Assembly (NCBI GenBank): GCA_034421435.1
Contig: DAOUKJ010000037.1
Coordinates: 1-60,438 of the forward strand
Length of the DNA stretch: 60,438 nucleotides
Reading direction: 5' to 3'
Origin: Dehalococcoidia bacterium
Lineage (GTDB): Bacteria; Chloroflexota; Dehalococcoidia; Lucifugimonadales; UBA2985
The translations under genes were made by a program, and so were the position numbers. A model generated the notes under the pieces. It saw only the letters and a program-made list of their open reading frames with translations, searched no databases and had not been told where the DNA came from. Position 1 is the stretch's first letter. Each line of letters opens with the position of its first letter. Positions 18,551 to 26,704 of the stretch are shown in pieces.

Positions 18551-19452
18551 GGCTGCTCCTCCTCTCCACCGCCGTAGTAGGCCAGGAACGCCTCCTCCAG
18601 GCTCGGCTCTCGTGTGGTCACGTTGACGATCTCATAGCGGCCCGCGGCCTTGAACAGCTGCGCCAGTGACCCCTCGATGTCGCACCGCAGGAAGCCGTCC
18701 GAAACGCTCATGTTGCGCACGCCGGACAGACCCTCGAAATCGCCCGCGGCCACCGGTTCGCCGAACTCGATCTCCAGGCTTCGCACGCGCCTGCCCCGCA
18801 GCGTGTCCACGTCCTCCACGGCCACTATCCGCCCGTCCCGTATGATGCCCACGCGGTTGCAGATGTCCTCCACCTCCGGCAGCACGTGGGACGAAAGGAA
18901 CACCGTCCTGCCGTCCTCGTGCGCCTCCATCAGCAGGCTCTTGAACTCCTCCTGCATGAGCGGGTCGAGGCCACTGCTCGGCTCGTCCAGCACCAGCACC
19001 TCCGGCTTGTGCATGAACGCCTGGATGACGACCACCTTCTGGCGATTGCCGCGGGAGAGCGTGTCGATGCGGCGGGAGAGGTCGCACGACAGCCGCTCCG
19101 CCAGCCGGTCCACCTCCCGCCAGTCGACGCCTCCGCGGAGGCTTGCGGCGTAGGTCAGGTGCTCGCGGCCGGTCAGGCTGCCGTACATGCCGGGGTCGCT
19201 CGGCACGTAGCCCACGCGCCGGCGTACTTCGATGGCGTCCGCCTGCGCATCGAAACCCATCACCTTCAGCGAGCCGCTCGTCGGCCGTATGAGGTCGAGC
19301 AGGATTCGAATCGTCGTGCTCTTGCCTGCGCCGTTGGGACCGAGGTAGCCGAATATCTCCCCGGGCATCACTTCCAGATCAACATCTATGACGCCGCGCT
19401 GGGAGCCATAGAACTTGGTGAGCTTCTCAAGCCGGATGGCGGGCTCAGTCAC
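18547..19452 (-). CDS. ABC transporter ATP-binding protein
   Basis: GPNGAGKST, LSRGN signature, LDEP and SSH. GTG start follows AGGAGG. Confidence 0.93.
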   Translation of the reverse strand: MTEPAIRLEKLTKFYGSQRGVIDVDLEVMPGEIFGYLGPNGAGKSTTIRILLDLIRPTSGSLKVMGFDAQADAIEVRRRVGYVPSDPGMYGSLTGREHLTYAASLRGGVDWREVDRLAERLSCDLSRRIDTLSRGNRQKVVVIQAFMHKPEVLVLDEPSSGLDPLMQEEFKSLLMEAHEDGRTVFLSSHVLPEVEDICNRVGIIRDGRIVAVEDVDTLRGRRVRSLEIEFGEPVAAGDFEGLSGVRNMSVSDGFLRCDIEGSLAQLFKAAGRYEIVNVTTREPSLEEAFLAYYGGGEEEQP

Positions 19453-19826
19453 GATTCCTCCTGCGCCTTTCCCGGCCTGAACCGCATGGCCGACCAAACG
19501 TCGTCCAGAGACACCTGCCGCACGCCTCGCAGTCCCTCACGCCTGAGCATGTCCCACAGCACGTCGCGGTTGAGGTCGGTGCCGAGCTGGCCGGCTTTCG
19601 GATAGGCGATGTATGCGATGGCGTCGCGCCGCGCCGCCTCCACGAACGGTGCCGAGTGCGGCGCAACCTCCGATGAGTCCCGCACGAATACGAGCACTGC
19701 GTCGGCCTGTTCGCCGGGGCCGGCAGTTCTAGTGGACTCAGGCAGTTCGAGTGAGAAATCCTCCGGCGCGTTGCCCACCAGCACGGAGGCTCCCGGCTTT
19801 ATCTGCAGCTTCGCGGCGACATCCAT
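19449..19826 (-). CDS. DUF3052-like small protein
   Basis: YPK...TDLNRD...W...VRQVSLDDVWSAMRF pattern. Its stop overlaps the ATPase start (GTGA). Confidence 0.7.
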   Translation of the reverse strand: MDVAAKLQIKPGASVLVGNAPEDFSLELPESTRTAGPGEQADAVLVFVRDSSEVAPHSAPFVEAARRDAIAYIAYPKAGQLGTDLNRDVLWDMLRREGLRGVRQVSLDDVWSAMRFRPGKAQEES

Positions 19827-19847
19827 AACGCTTTCCCCGTAGCGATA

Positions 19848-19896
19848 AGTATACATCATGGGATGATGCACAACAGATGGCTTGTCGTGATATAAT
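19848..19896. promoter_or_regulatory. Divergent promoter region with central palindrome
   Basis: Minus-strand TATACT (19848-53), CATCAT-ggg-ATGATG (19854-68), and plus-strand extended -10 TGATATAAT (19888-96). Confidence 0.55.
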
Positions 19897-19977
19897 GGCG
19901 ACCATCTAGGGGCCGCCGTGCGTATGGACTCGTAGCCCGCACCCGGCCGCCCAAAACGGCGGATCAAGGAGGATGCG

Positions 19978-22404
19978 ATGGCAGAGGTGTTCGAAGGACT
20001 CAAGGTCGTGGACTTCACCGAAGGGATGCTGGGAGCGGTGGCCACCATGGTGCTGTCGGACTTCGGGGCCGACGTGGTCAAGGTGGAACCGCCCGGAGGA
20101 CACCGGTCCAGGAGCATCCCGGCAGCCCAGCAGTGGAACCGCGGCAAGAGGAGCGTGGTGCTGGACCTGGAGAACGCTGAAGACCAGGAGAAGGCGCGAC
20201 GGCTGTCGCTTCAGTCGGACGTGGTCATCGAGAGCTTCACACCCGGCGCAACGTCCCGCATGGGCATCGACTACGAGACGCTCAGCGCCCAGCGCCCCGA
20301 TCTGGTGTACGTGTCGCTGACCGGCTGGGGCCAGAAGGGCCCTTACGCCCACTACAAGCCCTACGAGGGAGCTGTCGCAGCCAAGATCGGCAGGATGATG
20401 GTCTTCTCAGGGCAGGCCAACCGGCCGGGGCCTCACTACTCCGCGGTTCAGACCGCGACCCACGCAGCCAACATGGGCGCCGTGCGCGGCATCATCGCCG
20501 CCCTCCACGTGCGAGACAAGACGGGCCAGGGACAGAAGGTTGAGACCAGCCTGATGCAGACAATGAACCTCTACGAGTTCATTGACCTGGTCTTCTGGCA
20601 GATGATGGTCCGCTTCCCGGACATATTCACCGAGCACCCGTGGCTGCGCGGTTACCCCACGCTGGCCTACATACCGGTACGCACCAAGGACGGCGAGTGG
20701 ATACAGATGGCGAACACCGTGCAGCGCCTCTTTGTGGCTATGATGCACGACATCGGCCTGGGCTACATCTTCGAAGACCCGCGCTTCGAGAAGGCGCCCG
20801 TGCTCCTGCCAGAGGACCGGGAGGAACTGCGAATGATCATGCTGGCCCGCTTCCAGGAGCAGACCCTGGAGGAGTGGATGGACCTGTTCATCAACAAGAC
20901 CAGGGACGTGGCAGCAGAGCCATACCGCACTTCCGAGCAGGGCATGACCCATCCGCAGATGATCCACAACGGCCACGTCAGGGACGTGGAAGACCCGGTT
21001 GTCGGAATGATGAAGCAGCTAGGCCCAATCTCGCTCATGTCGGAAACGCCTGGCAGGATTCAGGGGCCTGCGCCGCTCCCCGGCCAGCACACGGAGGAGG
21101 TGCTGGCGTCGCTGAACGGCTCCAACGGCCATCATGCCAACGGCTACGGCTCCGAGCCTCTGCCGAAGCATCCGCTCGAGGACGTGACGGTGCTGGACCT
21201 GGCCACGGTCATCGCCGGGCCGCTGGGCTGCGCCCTCTTGGGCGAGATGGGCGCAAGGGTGATCCGCATCGAGCCGCCCGGAGGCGACCTGCTGCGCGGC
21301 ATGTCCAAGGGCGTAACCGCAAACAAGACCATGGCCGGCTCGGAGGGCGTGTGCCTTGACCTGAGCACGGAGGAGGGTCGCAGCATAGTGCATCAGCTGG
21401 TGGCCAAGGCGGACATCCTGGTGCACAACATGCGCCCCGGCGCGCCGGAGCGCGTGGGCATAGGTTTCGACCAGCTCATGGAGATCAACCCGCAGCTGGT
21501 CTACGTCTACGCCGGAGGCTACGGCCCCACCGGCCCGCACTCGCACCGTCCGTCCATGCACCCCATACCCGGCGCCGTCTGCGGAGGCGTGGTCACTCAG
21601 ATGGGCAAGGGCGCCATACCGCCCGCCGACCAGGAAATGACGCTGGAGGAGATCAAGGAGACCTCGCGCCGGTTCGGCCGCGCCAACGAGGGCAACCCAG
21701 ATCCCAACTCCTCGATGGCCGTCTCCGTGGCGGCCCTGCTGGGCTTCCACGCCCGCAAGCGCACCGGCAAGGGCCAGTACGTGACATCGTCCATGATCCA
21801 GGCAAACGCCTACGCCAACGCCGACGACTTCTTCTGGTACGAGGGCAAGCCCGGGCGACCCCTGCCCGACGCCGACGGCTACGGCCTCCACGCGCTCTAC
21901 CGCCTCTACGAGGTCCAGAAGGGCTGGGTGTTCCTGGCCGCCCCTTGGGAAGAGGAGTGGCAGGCGCTCTGCGAGACCATCGGCCGACCGGACCTGCTCA
22001 CCGATACGCGCTTCGCCACGGCTGAGGCCCGCCGCGAGAACGACGACGCGCTGGTCGAGGAGCTTGGCGGCGTGCTGGCCACGCGAGAGCCAATGGAGTG
22101 GGAGAATCTGCTCGTAGACGCCGGCGTCACGTGCGTACGGGCAGAGGACTCCGGGCCTTACCAGTTCCACATGGAAGACCCGCACGTCCAGGAGAACGGC
22201 TATCTCACGGAGGTGGAGTCGGTGAGGTTCGGCAAGTTCATGCGATACAGTCCCATTGTGCGGTTCTCGCAGACCACCCCCAGGGCGGGCGCAGGCCCCC
22301 TGCGAGGCCAGCACAACGACTCAGTGCTTGGGGAACTCGGCTACAGCGCCGACCAGATAGCGGACATGGAGGAGCGTCGCGTCATCGCGAGGGAGGAAGT
22401 GTAG
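19978..22404 (+). CDS. Tandem-fused class III (CaiB/BaiF) CoA-transferase 1
   Basis: Two CaiB repeats (GADVVKVEPP...NRGKRS; GARVIRIEPP). Candidate catalytic Asp575 in NPDPNS. Confidence 0.92.
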   Translation: MAEVFEGLKVVDFTEGMLGAVATMVLSDFGADVVKVEPPGGHRSRSIPAAQQWNRGKRSVVLDLENAEDQEKARRLSLQSDVVIESFTPGATSRMGIDYETLSAQRPDLVYVSLTGWGQKGPYAHYKPYEGAVAAKIGRMMVFSGQANRPGPHYSAVQTATHAANMGAVRGIIAALHVRDKTGQGQKVETSLMQTMNLYEFIDLVFWQMMVRFPDIFTEHPWLRGYPTLAYIPVRTKDGEWIQMANTVQRLFVAMMHDIGLGYIFEDPRFEKAPVLLPEDREELRMIMLARFQEQTLEEWMDLFINKTRDVAAEPYRTSEQGMTHPQMIHNGHVRDVEDPVVGMMKQLGPISLMSETPGRIQGPAPLPGQHTEEVLASLNGSNGHHANGYGSEPLPKHPLEDVTVLDLATVIAGPLGCALLGEMGARVIRIEPPGGDLLRGMSKGVTANKTMAGSEGVCLDLSTEEGRSIVHQLVAKADILVHNMRPGAPERVGIGFDQLMEINPQLVYVYAGGYGPTGPHSHRPSMHPIPGAVCGGVVTQMGKGAIPPADQEMTLEEIKETSRRFGRANEGNPDPNSSMAVSVAALLGFHARKRTGKGQYVTSSMIQANAYANADDFFWYEGKPGRPLPDADGYGLHALYRLYEVQKGWVFLAAPWEEEWQALCETIGRPDLLTDTRFATAEARRENDDALVEELGGVLATREPMEWENLLVDAGVTCVRAEDSGPYQFHMEDPHVQENGYLTEVESVRFGKFMRYSPIVRFSQTTPRAGAGPLRGQHNDSVLGELGYSADQIADMEERRVIAREEV

Positions 22405-22495
22405 TACGGCTGGATACGAGGCGGGCTAGGGCGAAATTATTACAATTTTGAGACTGGCCTGCCCTTGGCCCAAAGCTGCGGGACGTGACCGCCAC

Positions 22496-22525
22496 TTGAC
22501 ATTGAACTCGTGTCTGTGGTAGACT
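22496..22525 (+). promoter_or_regulatory. sigma70-type promoter
   Basis: TTGACA-N18-TAGACT with a TG extension. Confidence 0.7.
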
Positions 22526-22582
22526 CCCGCAATCGGTAGCTGACCCGACCAAATCGCGGCAATTCGCTACAACGGAGGGGAA

Positions 22583-24541
22583 ATGTTACGAAAAGCGGTG
22601 CACCTTAGGACTTTGGTCGCAATGCTGCTCGGCGTCGTGCTTGTGGCGGCCGTGGCGTGTGGAGAGGATCCCACGGCCACTCCCCAGCCCACAAACACGC
22701 CCGTACCGCCGACAGCGACTCCTGAGCCAACTGAGGCCATGATGGAGCCTACAGAGGCTATGATGGAGCCCACAGAAGCGCCTGTGGCAGAGACCAGCCA
22801 GGCCAACCTTGGTCTGAGCGCACAGGCCGTCAAGGACCACCCCATGTTCAGGCCGGAGTGGGGCGAGCCGCAGTACGGCGGCACCATCAGGATGCGCACC
22901 AACGTGCCGGTTAGGACCGGCTCCCCGTACAGGGGCAGCGGCAACAGCCACTACACAGGCAACCAGATGACCTTCCGTGACACGCTGGTCATGGTAGACC
23001 CGTGGATCGGCTGGTCCGGCGGCATCCAGGGCAACGTTGCGGAGAGCTGGGAAGTTTCGGACGACCAGCTCACGTACACGTTCTACCTCCGCGATGGGAT
23101 CATGTTCCACGAGAAGACGGAAGCGCACCAGGTGGACATGCCCGGATTCGGACAGGAACTGGTGTGCGAGGACGTTGCCTCCCACATGAACTTCATCGGC
23201 TCCGACCGCTACTGGGACGAGGGAGGCTCACTCTCCTCGCTGGTTCCCGGCGGCACCACTTGGACCTGCCCGGACGGCCCTGAGGGCTACACCGCCCAGG
23301 CCGTGCTGGACAGCGGCATCCCCTTCCCCGGCATCCTGAACCTGCTCAGCATGCCGGGCGTGTACGGCATCTCCAACAAGGACTGGCTCGACTGGTCCCT
23401 GGAGACGCTGGACGTCCAGGAGATCCGCACGTACCCTGAGTACACGATCCACCTGGGTACCGGGCCCTTCATGCCCGGCGACCTCACTCCCGAGGTTGTA
23501 GCACAGGGCACCAGGAACCCGAACTACTGGAAGGACGGCCTGCCGTTCCTGGACGTCTTCGAGTACCACACCATCGCAGACCCGGCCACGGCTTTCGCCA
23601 GCTTCTCCACGGGCAAGATCGACCTCATGGGCCACGGCAGCGGCTCACCCTACCCCGCCCAGGTGGAGCAGGCCAACCGCGACTTCCCTGAGCTGGCATT
23701 CGCGCCCAATCACTACTTCGGTGGCAGGGCCGTGGGCTTCAACACCGAGAAGCCGCCGTTTGACGACGTGCGGGTGCGCCGCGCCGTGAACCTGGTCATC
23801 GACCGGGCTGCCTGGAAGGAATTCCAGAACATCCCCGGCACCGACCTCCACGCCGGCTACATTCCGGCTGGATTCTTCAACGCCGAGGGGCGGGCATTCG
23901 ACCCGATGGGCCACTCGGTTGAGGAGATTCTCACCTGGGACGGATGGCGACAGCCCAAGGACGATGACATCGCCCTGGCGGTGAGCCTCATGGACGAGAT
24001 CTACGGCCCCGGTGAGAGGCCTGGCCCGTTCCAGTGCCTGTCCAGGGCGGACGACACGTCCACCAACGCCTGTCTGTTCATGGGTGGCACCATTCAGGAG
24101 CACCTGGGCCTGGAACTCAGCCTGGATACCTATGACCCCGCCACCCTGTCGTCGCAGCTCAACGCCTGCCAGCACACCTTCGCCGTGACCGTCATGCCGG
24201 GCTGGGAAGGCACGCCAGACCCGTACCTGCGATACAGGACGTACCACTCCGAGCTGAGGGGTGCAAGGTCCTGCATGGGCGGAGTGGATCCGGACGTGCA
24301 GTCCAGGCTGAACTCTCTAGTCAACGACTTCCTGGTGGAGTTGGACTTCACCAAGAGGACTGAGATCAGCAAGGAGATCGAGTACATCATGTACAACGAG
24401 TTCATCCCGGCGGCCCCAAAGGAGTGGCAGGTGCTGTTCACCGGCTACCAGCCGTGGGTGAAGGGGTTTGACATCCTGCCGGACCAGTCCGTGCACACGT
24501 CTCACCTCAAGATACACCAGCGCACCTGGGTAGCCAGGTAG
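22583..24541 (+). CDS. ABC substrate-binding lipoprotein, family 5 (Opp/Dpp/Nik)
   Basis: Lipobox AAC, Pro/Thr linker with three 21-nt EPTEAMM-type repeats (22724-22786), and AESWEVSDD...YTFYLR, GTGPF, RNPNYW and DVRVRRA motifs. Confidence 0.9.
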   Translation: MLRKAVHLRTLVAMLLGVVLVAAVACGEDPTATPQPTNTPVPPTATPEPTEAMMEPTEAMMEPTEAPVAETSQANLGLSAQAVKDHPMFRPEWGEPQYGGTIRMRTNVPVRTGSPYRGSGNSHYTGNQMTFRDTLVMVDPWIGWSGGIQGNVAESWEVSDDQLTYTFYLRDGIMFHEKTEAHQVDMPGFGQELVCEDVASHMNFIGSDRYWDEGGSLSSLVPGGTTWTCPDGPEGYTAQAVLDSGIPFPGILNLLSMPGVYGISNKDWLDWSLETLDVQEIRTYPEYTIHLGTGPFMPGDLTPEVVAQGTRNPNYWKDGLPFLDVFEYHTIADPATAFASFSTGKIDLMGHGSGSPYPAQVEQANRDFPELAFAPNHYFGGRAVGFNTEKPPFDDVRVRRAVNLVIDRAAWKEFQNIPGTDLHAGYIPAGFFNAEGRAFDPMGHSVEEILTWDGWRQPKDDDIALAVSLMDEIYGPGERPGPFQCLSRADDTSTNACLFMGGTIQEHLGLELSLDTYDPATLSSQLNACQHTFAVTVMPGWEGTPDPYLRYRTYHSELRGARSCMGGVDPDVQSRLNSLVNDFLVELDFTKRTEISKEIEYIMYNEFIPAAPKEWQVLFTGYQPWVKGFDILPDQSVHTSHLKIHQRTWVAR

Positions 24542-24561
24542 AACCCAAGCGCAGAATGGGA

Positions 24562-24600
24562 GCACCGACGGGATGGGGACACTCTCCATCCCGTCGGTGC
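24562..24600 (+). terminator. 15-bp stem-loop after the SBP gene (terminator or mRNA stabiliser)
   Basis: GCACCGACGGGATGG-N9-CCATCCCGTCGGTGC; no U-tract. Confidence 0.65.
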
Positions 24601-24756
24601 AATCCCAGATCCGGCTACGTGACCTAGACAAATCAACGGACCCCGACTCCGCTGACTCGGACGTTCGACTGCCGGAGCAGCAGCAATTGTTTTCCCGGGC
24701 CTGCTAGCGGGCCAACCCTCTGGAGGGACTGCTTCCAACCGCAGGGAGGGCTATAA

Positions 24757-25722
24757 GTGACACAGTACATCATCAGGCGTATCCTGCAGGGATTCCTGGC
24801 GGTCTTCGTGGTGAGCGTCATCATCTTCCTGCTCATCCGAGTTGCGCCCGGCGACGTGGCCCTCATGGTCATCTCCCAGGGCGAGGAGGACTTCAACCGG
24901 GAGGACGTTGATCCCATCGTTCTCGAGCGGGTGACGCGACTCCTGGGGCTGGACCGCCCCCTGTACATGCAGTACCTGGTCTGGGCTTGGGACATGTTGA
25001 CCCTGGACTGGGAGGCGTCCTTCTACACCTCCAAGCCCATCATGGAGGAGTTTCTTGAGAGAGCGCCCGTCACGCTCCAGTTGGGCATATACAGCGTGTT
25101 GCTGTCCGTCATCATCGGCTTGCCCATAGGCATCATGATGGCGCTCAAACAAGACGGGTGGATGGACTACGTAGGGCGTATCGTCTCGCTTGCCGGTCTC
25201 TCCATGCCTAACTTCTGGCTGGCCACGCTGTTGATCGCAGGGGGAGTGTACTTCTTCGACTGGTCGCCAAGACTGCAGTTTGAGCATCCCTGGGAGAACC
25301 TGGCGGGCAACATCAGCATCCTGTTCTGGCCGGCCATCATCGGCGGATTCGCTTCTGCGGCCACCAAGGCCCGGATGATGCGCTCCACAATGCTGGAGGT
25401 GCTCAGGCAGGACTACGTGAGGACGGCCCACGCCAAGGGCCTGCGATACTCCGTGGTGGTGTACCGGCACGCTATGAAGAACGCGTTGCTTCCTGTAGTC
25501 ACCATTATTGGAATCTCCGCAGCAGTGATCATTGGGGGCTCCGTAATAACGGAGACCATCTTCCAGCTGCCGGGCATCGGCATCTACGTGGTCCGCGGCA
25601 TGAACCAGCGCGACTTCCCAGTCGTGCAGAGCATGGTGTGCATAATCGCCGCGTGGATAATCTTCGTCAACCTGGCAGTAGACGTTACATACGCCTGGCT
25701 GGACCCTCGGATCCGGTACTAG
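24757..25722 (+). CDS. Opp/Dpp-type ABC permease (OppB-like)
   Basis: Motifs APGDVA, LGLDRP, MPNFW and MLEVLRQDYVRTAHAKGL (EAA loop). Confidence 0.92.
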   Translation: MTQYIIRRILQGFLAVFVVSVIIFLLIRVAPGDVALMVISQGEEDFNREDVDPIVLERVTRLLGLDRPLYMQYLVWAWDMLTLDWEASFYTSKPIMEEFLERAPVTLQLGIYSVLLSVIIGLPIGIMMALKQDGWMDYVGRIVSLAGLSMPNFWLATLLIAGGVYFFDWSPRLQFEHPWENLAGNISILFWPAIIGGFASAATKARMMRSTMLEVLRQDYVRTAHAKGLRYSVVVYRHAMKNALLPVVTIIGISAAVIIGGSVITETIFQLPGIGIYVVRGMNQRDFPVVQSMVCIIAAWIIFVNLAVDVTYAWLDPRIRY

Positions 25723-25744
25723 CCTCGGCCAAGGAGACGGTGAA

Positions 25745-26638
25745 GTGATAGAAGCAGCCAGAGCACGGCAAACGGGCGTAGCACCCAGGCTTCGCGAGAT
25801 CTTCAAGTCCACCAAGACGTTCTTCAGGCGCAAGCCATTGGGGGCCATCGGAGGCTCCATCATCTTTGGGATGGTGATGATCGCCATCTTTGCTCCCCTC
25901 GTGACGTTCTACGAGCCCACCCGCACCAGCTTCGGCAACGACCTCCAGGCGCCCTCCCTGACGCACTGGATGGGGACCGACACCTGGGGCCGCGACGTGT
26001 GGACGCGGATCGCTTACGGCGCCCGCATCTCCCTCTACGTGGGCCTGCTGTCCGTTGCCACCGGCTCTCTCGGCGGAGCGTTGGTAGGCCTGGTGAGCGC
26101 CTACTACGGCGGTAAGGTGGACGCCGTCATTCAGCGCATCATGGACTCCCTGATGGCCATACCCACGCTCATCCTGGCGCTGGCAATCATGTCCGCGCTC
26201 GGGCAGAGCCTCAACAACGTGGTTCTGGCAATCGCTATCCCACAGATACCGCGATCCAACCGCGTGGTTCGCTCGCAGGCGCTCGCAGTGAAGGAGAGCG
26301 AGTTTGTACTCGCGGCAAGAGCCATCGGCTCATCCGACATGCGAATCATTCTTCAGCACGTAATGCCGCAGTGCGTGGCGCCGTGGCTCATCATCGCCAC
26401 GGCCGGCTTGGGTACCGCCATCATTGCAGAGGCCGGCCTGAGCTTCCTGGGACTCGGCGTGCCGGAGCCCTCCCCCTCCTGGGGCAGCATGCTGACCGGT
26501 CGCGTCCGCAACTACTATGCCGTGGCGCCCTGGCTGGCCATCTGGCCCGGCCTGGCAATCTCCGTGGCTGTGTATGGATTCAACCTATTCGGCGATGCCC
26601 TCCGTGACGTGCTGGATCCCAGACTCAGAGGCACGTAG
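25745..26638 (+). CDS. Opp/Dpp-type ABC permease (OppC-like)
   Basis: Motifs HWMGTDTWGRD, EFVLAARAIG, EAGLSFLGLG and NLFGDALRDVLDPR. Confidence 0.92.
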   Translation: MIEAARARQTGVAPRLREIFKSTKTFFRRKPLGAIGGSIIFGMVMIAIFAPLVTFYEPTRTSFGNDLQAPSLTHWMGTDTWGRDVWTRIAYGARISLYVGLLSVATGSLGGALVGLVSAYYGGKVDAVIQRIMDSLMAIPTLILALAIMSALGQSLNNVVLAIAIPQIPRSNRVVRSQALAVKESEFVLAARAIGSSDMRIILQHVMPQCVAPWLIIATAGLGTAIIAEAGLSFLGLGVPEPSPSWGSMLTGRVRNYYAVAPWLAIWPGLAISVAVYGFNLFGDALRDVLDPRLRGT

Positions 26639-26704
26639 CGCCTCACTGCCCTGACGCGCGCCCGGAACAAGGGCCCTCGCCCGTTGGTAGTAAAGGAGGC
26701 TGCC

